A stretch of DNA of 64,000 nt from NCBI GenBank assembly GCA_903843285.1, contig CAIMPC010000007.1, forward strand, positions 28,730 through 92,729. The letters are read 5' to 3'. The translations under genes were made by a program, and so were the position numbers. Below are positions 1 to 9,565 of the stretch, piece by piece. This DNA comes from Candidatus Omnitrophota bacterium. Lineage in GTDB: Bacteria; Omnitrophota; Gorgyraeia; 2-01-FULL-45-10. Within the stretch, counting starts at the first letter, position 1. The number at the start of each line of letters is the position of its first letter. The notes under the pieces were generated by a model. It made no database searches and had not been told where the DNA came from. It saw only the letters and a list, made by a program, of their open reading frames with translations.

Positions 1-74
1 TCCGGTGGCAGTGAAGATCGTTAAAAATAGCGTATAGAAGACTTAAATATTAGCAAACAAAATCGGAGGTGTAT

Positions 75-2012
75 ATGGCAAAGGTTATAGGAATAGATTT
101 AGGGACTTCGAATTCGGCGGCGGCTTATATGGAAGCCGGCAGGCCCGTAATAATACCGTCAGCTGAGGGCGCAGGGGTGGCAAGCGGTAAGGCATTCCCA
201 TCGTTCGTTGCCTTCACTAAAGACGGACAGAAATTAGTGGGTGAACCGGCCAAGAGGCAGGCTTCTATTAATCCGGAAGGAACAATATTTGCGGCCAAGC
301 GTAAAATGGGGACCGATTTTAAATACAAAGTTTATGGGAAAGAATATACGCCTCAGCAGATATCGTCGTTCCTGCTCCAGAAGATTAAGCAGGATTCTGA
401 AGCGTATCTTGGTGATACGGTGAACGAAGTTGTAATAACATGCCCTGCGTATTTCAATGATAACCAGCGCCAGGCGACCAAGGATGCCGGCGAGATTGCC
501 GGGCTTAAAGTGCTGAGAATAATCAATGAGCCGACAGCCGCATGCCTTGCCTACGGACTCGATAAGGCAGGAACAGAGCAGAAGATAATGGTATTCGACC
601 TGGGTGGAGGAACGCTGGATGTTACGGTGCTTGAGATGGGATGGGACGACGAGCATAAGGCCGCTACTTTTGAGGTAATGGCGACATCGGGCGACACTCA
701 GCTTGGCGGAACAGACATGGATAATACTCTCATAGATTATGTTATAAACCAGTTCAAGAAAGATACCGGCATAGACCTTAAGAACGATAAAATGGCGATT
801 CAACGAGTAAGGGAAGCTGCGGAGAAGGCTAAGGTAGAACTGTCGAGCACGCTATCTACTGATATTAACCTTCCGTTCATCACAGCCGACCAGACGGGAC
901 CTAAACATCTTACCATGACTCTGAACAGGGCTAAGGTCGAAGAGCTCATACAGCCGATTATCGATCGCTGTAAGCATCCGATAGAGCAGGCATTGACCGA
1001 TGCCAAGGTTACAGCTAAAGATATCAGTAAAATCATATTGGTGGGTGGACCTACGAGGATGCCGATAGTTCAGAAGTTCGTGGAAGACTATGTCGGTAAG
1101 AAGATCGAACGTGGAGTCGATCCAATGGAATGCGTTGCGCTGGGCGCTGCCATACAGGCGGCGATTATGAAGGGTGAGACCAAAGAGGTTCTCCTTCTCG
1201 ACGTAACGCCGCTCTCTCTGGGCATCGAGACGCTCGGCGGAGTGAATACTAAGCTTATCGAGCGCAACACGACAGTCCCGACCAGGAAGAGTCAGATATT
1301 CTCGACGGCCGCGGACAGCCAGACGGCAGTGACCATACGTGTTATACAGGGTGAGCGCCAGATTGCAGATGCAGAAGGCAATGTGGAGCTCGGCAGGTTT
1401 GATCTCGTGGGCATACCTCCGGCGCCGCGCGGCGTACCGCAGGTCGAGGTTGCTTTTGACATCGATGCCAACGGCATTGTGCATGTGTCCGCGAAAGATC
1501 TTGGCACAGGTAAAGAGCAATCGATAAAGATCACAGCGCCTAAGAAACTTTCGAAGGAAGAGATCGAGAGGATGGTTAAAGAGGCTGAGAAATTTGCCAC
1601 CGAGGACTCAAAGAAGAAGGAAGAGGTTGAGTTAATTAACCAGGCGGATGCGCTAGCATATTCTACCGAGAAGTCTCTGAAAGATTTCGGCGAAAAGGTG
1701 GGTCAGTCCGAGAGAGCCGATATCGAATCGAGGCTTAATGATTTGAAGCAGGCCATAAAGGATAAGAACTTGCCGAGCATAAAACGCGGCATGGAGGAGG
1801 TAACTAAAGCGGCCCATAAATTAGCCGAGGAAGTATATAAGAAGACATCCGGACCTAAGGCTGGCCCGGGCGCCGGCGGTGGTGAGCAGCAGGGTCCAGG
1901 CGCGACAGGACAGGAAGAGGGCCAGGACACTGCGCAGCCAAAGCAGGGCGAAGATATCATAGACGCCGAGTATACGGCCGAGGACGAAGACGGTAAGAAA
2001 AAGAAGAAGTAG
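75..2012 (+). CDS. dnaK: Molecular chaperone DnaK (Hsp70)
   Basis: The track ORF runs 69..2012 from a GTG. The likely true start is the ATG at 75, preceded by GGAGG at 65-69. Hsp70 signatures: [29 protein letters not shown], and an acidic/Lys C-terminal tail. Lacks the ~23-aa N-domain insert found in proteobacterial DnaK. Confidence 0.96.
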   Translation: MAKVIGIDLGTSNSAAAYMEAGRPVIIPSAEGAGVASGKAFPSFVAFTKDGQKLVGEPAKRQASINPEGTIFAAKRKMGTDFKYKVYGKEYTPQQISSFLLQKIKQDSEAYLGDTVNEVVITCPAYFNDNQRQATKDAGEIAGLKVLRIINEPTAACLAYGLDKAGTEQKIMVFDLGGGTLDVTVLEMGWDDEHKAATFEVMATSGDTQLGGTDMDNTLIDYVINQFKKDTGIDLKNDKMAIQRVREAAEKAKVELSSTLSTDINLPFITADQTGPKHLTMTLNRAKVEELIQPIIDRCKHPIEQALTDAKVTAKDISKIILVGGPTRMPIVQKFVEDYVGKKIERGVDPMECVALGAAIQAAIMKGETKEVLLLDVTPLSLGIETLGGVNTKLIERNTTVPTRKSQIFSTAADSQTAVTIRVIQGERQIADAEGNVELGRFDLVGIPPAPRGVPQVEVAFDIDANGIVHVSAKDLGTGKEQSIKITAPKKLSKEEIERMVKEAEKFATEDSKKKEEVELINQADALAYSTEKSLKDFGEKVGQSERADIESRLNDLKQAIKDKNLPSIKRGMEEVTKAAHKLAEEVYKKTSGPKAGPGAGGGEQQGPGATGQEEGQDTAQPKQGEDIIDAEYTAEDEDGKKKKK

Positions 2013-2130
2013 AATATTAATTGAATCGGCATAGGCAGATAACGGCAGATCATCCCTGAGGCGTACAGCTCAGGCTGGCCTCGAAAGTAAACGCCGCTGT
2101 AGAAATTTAATGCTTTATGAACGGTGAGTA

Positions 2131-3294
2131 ATGGCAAAACGTGATTATTACGAAGTTCTGGGAATAAATAAGACGGCTTCTTCGGACGAGGTGAAGAAGG
2201 CCTACAGGAACCTTGCGCTTAAATTTCATCCGGACAGAGTAACTCCCGATAAAAAGAAAGAGGCTGAGGAGAGATTTAAGGAGATATCCGAGGCTTACGA
2301 GGTCCTGATCGATAAAGAGAAGCGTACCGGTTATGATCAATACGGCCCTGCCGGGGTAGAGAATGCGTTTAAGCAAGGCGGCTTCCAGTGGCAGGACTTC
2401 CATCATTTCGACGATCTTAAAGATATATTCGGCGGCGCTGATGTCAGCGACCTCTTAAAGCAATTTGGTTTTGGAGGAGGCAGTTTTGGGGGCTCTTCCA
2501 CTTCCCGTCGTGGAGGTGCCAGACGCGGCTCCGACCTGGAGTATCAATTTGAGATACCTTTCGATGAAGCTGCTTTCGGCGGCGAAGAGACGATCACCAT
2601 ACCCAGGTATGAGGTATGCGAAGAATGCCGCGGTACGGGCGCAAAAGCCGGTTCCAAAAAAGAGAGATGCTCCGAATGCGGTGGACAAGGGCAGGTAAGA
2701 ACTTCAAATGGTTTTTTTAATGTTGTGCAGACCTGTCAGGCGTGTGGCGGTGAGGGGGTCGTTATAAAGACCCCGTGCCCATCTTGTAGCGGCAGAGGGC
2801 GCGTTAAGACAAAACGTAATATTAAGGTAAAGATTCCGGCAGGAGTCGATTCCGGATCCAGACTGAGGATTCATGGTGAGGGTGAAGCGGGCGAGAGAGG
2901 TGGGCCCAGGGGAGATCTATATATACTCATGCATGTAAAACCTCATGAGATATTCGAGCGCCACGAAGCCGATATTTATTGTGAAGTGCCGATAAGTTAC
3001 GTTACTGCTGTTTTGGGCGGTGAAATAGAGGTGCCGACCATCGAAGGCAAAATAATGATGAAGATACCGCCGGGCACTCAGGGCGGCAGGCAGTTCCGAT
3101 TAAGAAATAAAGGAATAGCGCACCTTCATGATTACGGCCGGGGCGATCAAATAGTTAAGGTTCAGATAGATGTGCCGACAGACCTTAACCAGGAAGAGAA
3201 GAGGGCTCTCAAGGAGTATTCCAGGTCGTTCGCTGATGATAGAGGGCCGTTGGCCAAAACATTCGTAGAAAAGATGAAAAGGATATTCAGGTAA
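2131..3294 (+). CDS. dnaJ: Co-chaperone DnaJ (Hsp40)
   Basis: J-domain with HPD (KFHPDR). Gly/Phe-rich linker. Four CxxCxGxG zinc-finger repeats (CEECRGTG, CSECGGQG, CQACGGEG, CPSCSGRG). Immediately downstream of dnaK. Confidence 0.95.
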   Translation: MAKRDYYEVLGINKTASSDEVKKAYRNLALKFHPDRVTPDKKKEAEERFKEISEAYEVLIDKEKRTGYDQYGPAGVENAFKQGGFQWQDFHHFDDLKDIFGGADVSDLLKQFGFGGGSFGGSSTSRRGGARRGSDLEYQFEIPFDEAAFGGEETITIPRYEVCEECRGTGAKAGSKKERCSECGGQGQVRTSNGFFNVVQTCQACGGEGVVIKTPCPSCSGRGRVKTKRNIKVKIPAGVDSGSRLRIHGEGEAGERGGPRGDLYILMHVKPHEIFERHEADIYCEVPISYVTAVLGGEIEVPTIEGKIMMKIPPGTQGGRQFRLRNKGIAHLHDYGRGDQIVKVQIDVPTDLNQEEKRALKEYSRSFADDRGPLAKTFVEKMKRIFR

Positions 3295-3323
3295 AAGTAT
3301 AAAATAATCTAAGGAGAGCATGT

Positions 3324-3578
3324 ATGCCTACTTACGACTATCATTGCGCTAAATGCGGTGGTAAATTTGAGAAGTTTGAGAAGATGACCGATCACCCGAA
3401 AGCGAAATGCCCGAAATGCGGCGGAGCGGCCCATCGTCTCATTGCCGGTGGCAGCGGAGTTATATTTAAAGGAACGGGTTTCTACGAAACCGATTATAAG
3501 AAAAAAACAAAGCCAGGCCCGGCCTGTCCGGGATCCGGCGGATCTTCATGTAAGGGCTGCCCCTCCAGCGGTAAATAG
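3324..3578 (+). CDS. FmdB-family zinc-ribbon protein (putative regulatory)
   Basis: 84 aa. MPTYDYHCAKCGG...CPKCGG paired CxxC motifs and a GFYETDYKK stretch typical of the FmdB/zinc-ribbon family. Gly/Cys-rich tail. Confidence 0.6.
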   Translation: MPTYDYHCAKCGGKFEKFEKMTDHPKAKCPKCGGAAHRLIAGGSGVIFKGTGFYETDYKKKTKPGPACPGSGGSSCKGCPSSGK

Positions 3579-3608
3579 CCGCTCTTAAATAGCTACGACA
3601 TATCATTC

Positions 3609-3636
3609 TTGCAAAAGCATTAATTTCATATATAAT
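3609..3636 (+). promoter_or_regulatory. Sigma70-like promoter candidate (TTGCAA-16 nt-TATAAT) upstream of the DUF1015 gene
   Basis: TTGCAA at 3609-3614, a 16-nt spacer, then TATAAT at 3631-3636. GAGGAG RBS at 3651-3656 lies 5 nt before the ATG at 3662. Confidence 0.4.
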
Positions 3637-3661
3637 CATATCCTAAATATGAGGAGATTTT

Positions 3662-4942
3662 ATGGCTAATATAAAGCCCTTTAGGGGCGTAGTATATAAT
3701 GAGAAGATCGTAGGAAACTTATCTAAAGTAGTTGCCCCTCCATATGACATTATATCCAAAACCAGGCAAAATGAACTATACCGCCAAAGCCCTTATAATT
3801 TAATAAGGCTGGAGCTGGGGAAGATAAAGAGTTCCGATAACCGCGATGAAAACCGCTATACCAGGGCCCATAAATTTTTGGAACTATGGCTTAAGAATAA
3901 ACAGATGATCCGTGATGATAAAGAGTCCATATACGTCTATTCGCAGAGGTATAAGGAAGGTAGGGAGACCATAGACAGGATAGGATTTATTGCGTTAATG
4001 GGGCTGAGTGAAGGCAGAAAAAAAGTCCTACCGCATGAAAATACTCTTCATGCGCCTAAAGTGGACAGACTCGACCTGATGCGCAGTGTTAAAGCTAATT
4101 TGAGCCCGATATTTATCCTATACGAAGACCCCCGGCATACAATACTAAGTATATTAAAAAAGACTTGTCTAAAAAAGCCCTTTATAGATATACCTTTCGA
4201 GGGCATAAGAAATAGGGCCTGGAGACTTGACGATAAGGCGGATATAAAAAGGATACGGGTTGTGATGAGTAATGCCAATACGTTTATCGCTGACGGTCAT
4301 CATCGTTTCGAGGTCGCTAAAATGTACGCTAAAGAGATTGCCGGAACAAAAGCGCCCGGAGATATTAAGGAATCATCCAAATATGTGATGGTATATTTTG
4401 TTGAGTCAAAGGAGGATATGTTAACCGTCCTTCCGGCACATAGGCTTCCAAAGGACATAGGGCTACTCGACAGAAATGGGATTATGTATCGTCTCCATAA
4501 ATATTTCACAATCGAAAGCGTCCCGAGCCTAAACTCTATGATGGCCGGACTCAAACGCCTGCACGATAAACATGTATTCGGTTTATATCTCGGAAGTAAG
4601 AAGTTTTATATTCTGAAGCTTAAAAGCTTTAATCCTGTCGATGCGGCTATTAAGAATAAGCCCAAAGAGTGGAAGCGGCTCGATGTCGCGATACTTCACC
4701 AATTCATATTCCAACATGTACTTGGTATTCAGGATGATGATGATAACGTGGAATTCGTAAAGAGCCCGCAGGAGACGGCAGGATTGGTAAGTAAGGGTGA
4801 TTTTAAAGTGGCTTTTTTTCTCAATCCTACGAAAGTCTCCGAGGTCAAACGTATAGCCAGGATCGGCGAGAAGATGCCGAGAAAGGCGACATATTTCTTC
4901 CCGAAGCAAATCTCGGGTATAGTGATAAACAAGCTCGGTTAG
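3662..4942 (+). CDS. DUF1015-family conserved protein of unknown function
   Basis: 426 aa. N-terminus MANIKPFRGVVYNEK...VVAPPYDIIS matches the conserved DUF1015 opening (IxPF..xxY....APPYDVI). Confidence 0.5.
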   Translation: MANIKPFRGVVYNEKIVGNLSKVVAPPYDIISKTRQNELYRQSPYNLIRLELGKIKSSDNRDENRYTRAHKFLELWLKNKQMIRDDKESIYVYSQRYKEGRETIDRIGFIALMGLSEGRKKVLPHENTLHAPKVDRLDLMRSVKANLSPIFILYEDPRHTILSILKKTCLKKPFIDIPFEGIRNRAWRLDDKADIKRIRVVMSNANTFIADGHHRFEVAKMYAKEIAGTKAPGDIKESSKYVMVYFVESKEDMLTVLPAHRLPKDIGLLDRNGIMYRLHKYFTIESVPSLNSMMAGLKRLHDKHVFGLYLGSKKFYILKLKSFNPVDAAIKNKPKEWKRLDVAILHQFIFQHVLGIQDDDDNVEFVKSPQETAGLVSKGDFKVAFFLNPTKVSEVKRIARIGEKMPRKATYFFPKQISGIVINKLG

Positions 4943-5004
4943 AATGCCGGGAAAAGCGGGGCAGTCATTATTTTTATATGATAACAATGATCGGACGCTA
5001 AGCA

Positions 5005-6891
5005 ATGTGCGGTATCTGCGGTTACATACATTTCGATAACGCGAAGAGGCCTTCCGAGGATATCCTTAAGTCGATGATGGATACGATTGCGCCTCGCGGC
5101 CCTGATGATTCGGGCGTATTCGTAAACGGGCCTGCCGCGCTCGGCCATAGACGGCTATCTATCATTGATCTTAAGACCGGTCACCAACCCATGCTTAGTA
5201 ACGACGGTTCCAAAGCTATCGTATATAACGGCGAGGTATATAATTTTCTCGAGCTAAAGACCGTGTTATTAGGTAAAGGCCACAGATTCAATACTAATTC
5301 CGACACCGAAGTTGTACTGCATGCCTACGAGGAGTATGGCGAAGATTGTGTAAAACATTTTAATGGTATGTTTGCGCTTGCTATATGGGACTCCGGAAAG
5401 AAAATTCTATTTCTCGCAAGAGACCGCTTTGGTAAAAAACCGCTATATTATGCCTCAGTGGATAACCAATTTATATTTGGCTCAGAATTAAAAGCCCTCA
5501 TAAAACATCCATCAGTGAAGAGAGAGATAGATTTAAATTCACTCGGCAAGTATCTGGCCTATGAGTATGTGCCGAGTCCGCATTCTATATTCAAAAATAT
5601 ATATAAGCTGGAGGCCGGTTCACGCATATCGGTCAAAGATGGCGCCCTAAAGAAGGATCGCTACTGGGATCTTAGTTTCAATACTCAGAGAAAGTTAGAT
5701 TACAGGGAAGCCGCACCGCGCCTGATAGAGCTGTTAAAGGAATCGGTTAGAAAGCGCCTTATAAGCGATGTCCCATTAGGTGTATTTTTATCCGGGGGGA
5801 TTGATTCCTCCGCTGTTGTTTGCATGATGGCCGAACTGATGGATCCGAAGGATATAAAGACCTTCTCCATCGGTTTTAATGAGAAGTCTTTTGACGAATC
5901 GCCTGATGCAAGGCGGGTGGCTAAGCATTTTGGAACAGACCATCACGAAGAACTGCTAAGCCCGGAGGTGATGCTGGATGTATTTCCTAAAGTACTGGAT
6001 CTCCTCGATGAGCCCTTTGCCGATTCATCGATAATACCGACATATCTCGTATCAAGATTTACGGTTAAACACGTTAAAGTAGCGCTGGGGGGAGACGGGG
6101 GGGACGAACTGTTTCTCGGTTACCCGTCATTCATTGCTCATAAACTGGATAGCTGTTTCGGTTTTATTCCATCCGGATTAAAAAAGTTGCCGTTAAACCT
6201 GCTATTGAAGTGTATTAAGCCATCAAATGATTACATGAGCCTATACTTTAAGGCAAAGCGCTTTGCCAGGGGACTAGATTTCCCGCATAAGAATCGTCAT
6301 CAGGCATGGATAGGATCATTTACGCCCAGTGAGCAGGAATTGTTGTTTGCGCCGGGCCTCTTTCCATCCGGACGGGAAAATATATATAGCACTACGGAAG
6401 GATATTATAATAATGTTAAGACGCTGCACCCCTTAGACCGGGCAATATATGTATATATTAAGACATATATGACGGATGATATTCTGGTTAAGGTCGATAG
6501 GGCGAGCATGGCCAATTCTCTCGAAGTCAGAGCGCCGTTTCTCGATTCGGAATTTACGGAATATGTCACAGGCATACCCGTATCACTAAAGATGAAGAAT
6601 TTTACAACTAAGTGGATATTGAAAGAAGCATTAAAGGATAAGCTCCCGAAGAGCAATATTACTAAGCCTAAGCAGGGTTTCGCCGTTCCGGTGGCCAAGT
6701 GGCTTAAAGAAGACCTTAAAGGGCTCCTCATGGATGCATTCGACAAGAAGAAGATCGAGAGGGAGGACATATTCAATTATGCCTATATAGACGGCCTGAT
6801 AAAAGAGTTTCTAAATAACCGGAATGATACGAGAAAAGAAATTTGGGCGTTGTTTATGTTCGAAATGTGGTATGATAAATGGATGAAATAA
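5005..6891 (+). CDS. asnB: Asparagine synthetase B (glutamine-hydrolysing), class II amidotransferase
   Basis: N-terminal nucleophile Cys2 (MCGICGY). PP-loop SGGIDSS. 628 aa, typical AsnB length. C-terminal synthetase domain. Confidence 0.88.
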   Translation: MCGICGYIHFDNAKRPSEDILKSMMDTIAPRGPDDSGVFVNGPAALGHRRLSIIDLKTGHQPMLSNDGSKAIVYNGEVYNFLELKTVLLGKGHRFNTNSDTEVVLHAYEEYGEDCVKHFNGMFALAIWDSGKKILFLARDRFGKKPLYYASVDNQFIFGSELKALIKHPSVKREIDLNSLGKYLAYEYVPSPHSIFKNIYKLEAGSRISVKDGALKKDRYWDLSFNTQRKLDYREAAPRLIELLKESVRKRLISDVPLGVFLSGGIDSSAVVCMMAELMDPKDIKTFSIGFNEKSFDESPDARRVAKHFGTDHHEELLSPEVMLDVFPKVLDLLDEPFADSSIIPTYLVSRFTVKHVKVALGGDGGDELFLGYPSFIAHKLDSCFGFIPSGLKKLPLNLLLKCIKPSNDYMSLYFKAKRFARGLDFPHKNRHQAWIGSFTPSEQELLFAPGLFPSGRENIYSTTEGYYNNVKTLHPLDRAIYVYIKTYMTDDILVKVDRASMANSLEVRAPFLDSEFTEYVTGIPVSLKMKNFTTKWILKEALKDKLPKSNITKPKQGFAVPVAKWLKEDLKGLLMDAFDKKKIEREDIFNYAYIDGLIKEFLNNRNDTRKEIWALFMFEMWYDKWMK

Positions 6892-6909
6892 TACGCGAAA
6901 GGTTGTAAG

Positions 6910-7551
6910 ATGTACAATGCTATGTTGAAAGAGATAAGAGATTCCCTCCAGAGGGGTGACCGTAAGGTTGTAGAGAAACTGACTTCTCAGGCGTTTGAAC
7001 AGGGTGTGAATATAAGGGAGATAATAAATTCAGCCCTCGTAGCCGGGATGGAAATTATCGGCGCCAAGTTTAAGGCAAATGAGATTTTTATTCCGGAGGT
7101 CCTGATATCTGCCAGGGCGATGCATGCCGGAATGGCTGTTCTCGAGCCGCACTTCGTAAAACATGGCATAAAACCTGTCGGCAAGGTGCTGATAGGCACA
7201 GTTAAGGGCGACCTGCACGATATCGGAAAAAATATAGTCAGCATGATGTTGAGAGGCGCGTGTTTTGAGATAGACGATCTGGGTATAGATGTGAGTCCGC
7301 AGAAGTTCATCGATGCCGTCAGAGCCAAAGAGATAGACGTGATCGCGATGTCATCGCTCCTTACTACATCTATGCATGCTATGCGAGAAACCATAAATGC
7401 CCTTACTGCCTCCGGATTGCGCAATAAAGTTAAAGTGATTGTGGGTGGTGCTCCTGTAACGCAGGAGTTTGCAAAGTCGATCGGCGCAGATGGCTATGCT
7501 AAGGATGCCGCTACGGCCGTGGATAAAGTCAAAGAACTGTTGGTGGGATGA
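6910..7551 (+). CDS. Stand-alone cobalamin (corrinoid)-binding protein, MtaC/MtbC-like
   Basis: 213 aa. N-terminal helical cap followed by a Rossmann B12-binding domain. DxHxxG motif (GDLHDIGKNIV). SxL (MSSLLTT). GG (VIVGGAP). No methyltransferase partner gene adjacent. Confidence 0.7.
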   Translation: MYNAMLKEIRDSLQRGDRKVVEKLTSQAFEQGVNIREIINSALVAGMEIIGAKFKANEIFIPEVLISARAMHAGMAVLEPHFVKHGIKPVGKVLIGTVKGDLHDIGKNIVSMMLRGACFEIDDLGIDVSPQKFIDAVRAKEIDVIAMSSLLTTSMHAMRETINALTASGLRNKVKVIVGGAPVTQEFAKSIGADGYAKDAATAVDKVKELLVG

Positions 7552-7552
7552 T

Positions 7553-8398
7553 ATGCATCTGTTTCCGAGAAAACCCAAATATACGATAGTAAAAGTCGCG
7601 AGAAAGAGGGGGGACATTCCCGAGGATCTTTGGGCTAAATGCGAAGAGTGCAGCGAGCTTATATACAGGAAGAAGCTCGATGAAAATTTGAAGGTCTGTC
7701 ATAAGTGCGGCTACCATTTTACTTTAGGTGCTCATGAAAGAGTGAAACTTCTTATCGATGATGGAACCTTTAAGGAGATGGATGCAGATATGGAAGCTCT
7801 CGATCCGTTATCTTTCTCGGGGCCTAAGACCTATAAAGAAAAATTGCGGAAAGACCAGGAGCTTACAGGACTAAAGGACGCCGTTATAACCGGAGAAGGC
7901 AAGCTTGGCGGCAGAGATATTATGTTTGGCGTTACAGATTCGCGGTTCATTATGGGTTCGATGGGTTCTGTAGTAGGCGAGAAACTTACCAGGGCGATCG
8001 AAGCTTCGATCGCGCGCAAGGTGCCCCTGATAATAGTCTCGGGTTCCGGCGGCGGAGCCAGGATGTATGAAGGCATGTATTCGCTGATGCAGATGGCTAA
8101 AACCTCGGCGGCGCTGAACAAACTCGATAGAGCAGGCGGACTATTCATATCGATATTAACTAATCCTACTATGGCCGGGATAATGGCGAGCTTTGCCTCT
8201 TTGGGTGATTTTATCATCGCTGAGCCGAAAGCGTTAATAGGCTTCACGGGCCCGCGCGTTATAGAGCAGACGATAAGGCAGAAGCTTCCGCCGGGTTTTC
8301 AGAGATCGGAGTTTTTATTAAAACACGGTCTTATCGATACGATAACACACAGAAAATTCATGAAAGAGTCCCTCTCCAAATTATTAAGCTATTTCTGA
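7553..8398 (+). CDS. accD: Acetyl-CoA carboxylase carboxyltransferase beta subunit
   Basis: The track ORF starts at 7469 and overlaps the upstream gene. An in-frame ATG at 7553 (MHLFPRK...) follows the upstream stop directly. N-terminal zinc ribbon CEECSELIY...CHKCGYH. Carboxyltransferase core (GSMGSVVGEK, GGARMYEG). Confidence 0.88.
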   Translation: MHLFPRKPKYTIVKVARKRGDIPEDLWAKCEECSELIYRKKLDENLKVCHKCGYHFTLGAHERVKLLIDDGTFKEMDADMEALDPLSFSGPKTYKEKLRKDQELTGLKDAVITGEGKLGGRDIMFGVTDSRFIMGSMGSVVGEKLTRAIEASIARKVPLIIVSGSGGGARMYEGMYSLMQMAKTSAALNKLDRAGGLFISILTNPTMAGIMASFASLGDFIIAEPKALIGFTGPRVIEQTIRQKLPPGFQRSEFLLKHGLIDTITHRKFMKESLSKLLSYF

Positions 8399-8444
8399 TA
8401 TTCTTGATACCTTGTATGGTAAGGTATGCTAAGATAAGGATGTT

Positions 8445-9548
8445 ATGGCGCAAGTAAGTCTCAATAAAGTATCAAAATGTTATCCTGGAAATGTCTGGGC
8501 TATTAGAGATATAAACCTGGGTATCGAGAATAAAGAGTTCGTGGTCTTCGTTGGCCCGTCCGGATGCGGCAAGTCGACGACTTTGAGAATAATCGCCGGC
8601 CTGGAGGAAGCTACCGGCGGCGACGTATATATAGGCAACCAGCTGGTAAATAATATCCCCCCCAAAGACAGAAACATCGCGATGGTCTTCCAGAATTACG
8701 CGTTATATCCCCACATGAGTGTTTACGATAATATGGCATTCGGGCTAAAGTTAAGAAAATATCCTGCCATAGAGATTCAGTCAAGAGTCAAGGATGCGGC
8801 TACAATGCTGGGCATTGAGCAACTTCTGCATAGAAAGCCCCGCGAGCTATCCGGCGGACAGCGCCAGCGCGTCGCAGTGGGAAGGGCGATCGTAAGAAAG
8901 CCTTTAGTCTTTCTGTTCGACGAGCCGCTCTCGAATCTGGATGCGAAGATGAGGGTTCAGATGAGAACCGAAATTAAGAAGCTGCATATAAGGCTTCAAA
9001 CCACGATGATATATGTAACTCACGATCAGACGGAAGCCATGACCATGGGTGATAGGATCGTTGTAATGAAAGATGGCGATATACAACAGATAGCCGACCC
9101 GATAAATCTTTACGACAAGCCGGTGAACAGATTTGTGGCGGGTTTCATAGGTACGCCGCCGATGAATTTTGTGATCGGAACCATAATAAAGAAGGATGGT
9201 AAATTATTCTTTAATGAGAGCAGATTTATGGTAAAGATAGTGGATTCGATGTATAAAGTCCTGGAGCCATATATAGGCAAAGAATTGGTCTTCGGGATAA
9301 GGCCTGAAGATATATATGATAAACTGTTCGTCTCCGAAGCCTCTGTGGATAATACGATAAAAGCGACCTGCGAAATCATAGAGCCCATGGGCTCAGAGGC
9401 CTATCTATACCTTAACACCGGCAAGAATCAACTCATTGCTAAGGTCGGAGGCCATGATAAGCCGGCCATCAATTCCGATATGGACCTGGTATTAGATATG
9501 TCTAAGGTTCATTTTTTTGATAAGGAAACGGGCAAGACTATAATATAA
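8445..9548 (+). CDS. ABC transporter ATP-binding protein, MalK/UgpC/MsmX family (orphan ATPase)
   Basis: Walker A GPSGCGKST. Signature LSGGQRQRVAVGRA. Walker B LFLFDEPLSNLD. H-loop YVTHDQ. C-terminal MalK-type regulatory/TOBE-like domain. No permease or binding-protein genes nearby. Confidence 0.85.
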   Translation: MAQVSLNKVSKCYPGNVWAIRDINLGIENKEFVVFVGPSGCGKSTTLRIIAGLEEATGGDVYIGNQLVNNIPPKDRNIAMVFQNYALYPHMSVYDNMAFGLKLRKYPAIEIQSRVKDAATMLGIEQLLHRKPRELSGGQRQRVAVGRAIVRKPLVFLFDEPLSNLDAKMRVQMRTEIKKLHIRLQTTMIYVTHDQTEAMTMGDRIVVMKDGDIQQIADPINLYDKPVNRFVAGFIGTPPMNFVIGTIIKKDGKLFFNESRFMVKIVDSMYKVLEPYIGKELVFGIRPEDIYDKLFVSEASVDNTIKATCEIIEPMGSEAYLYLNTGKNQLIAKVGGHDKPAINSDMDLVLDMSKVHFFDKETGKTII

Positions 9549-9565
9549 TTTTAAAACCGAATGGC

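Noticed and set aside
51-56. Possible CIRCE (HrcA operator) upstream of dnaK: a TTAGCA half-site.
   Set aside because: Only a half-site was seen, with no inverted-repeat partner (TTAGCACTC-N9-GAGTGCTAA). It cannot be supported.
234-1520. Long minus-strand ORFs (234..803, 852..1520, 1292..1600) antisense to dnaK. Similar cases elsewhere: 9634..10107, 25600..26145, 36021..36614, 44784..45254, 53700..54128, 56243..56815.
   Set aside because: All lie entirely within strongly supported + strand genes with clear family signatures. Their translations are low-complexity with no motifs, so they are typical shadow ORFs.
2055-2074. Hairpin CCTGAG-N8-CTCAGG between dnaK and dnaJ, considered as a terminator.
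   Set aside because: The stem is only 6 bp and is followed by a GC-rich, non-U-rich sequence. dnaJ is likely co-transcribed. At most this is a weak attenuator.
5005-6891. AsnB considered as a WbpS-like uronamide-forming amidotransferase belonging to the glycan locus.
   Set aside because: It sits 8 kb upstream among housekeeping genes (dnaKJ, accD) and has a canonical AsnB length and motifs. There is no positional link to the glycan genes.
8407-8427. Perfect palindrome ATACCTT-gtatggt-AAGGTAT between accD and the ABC ATPase gene.
   Set aside because: It is a short 7-bp stem with no U-tract and no second copy elsewhere in the window. It could be an operator, but on its own it is not supportable.
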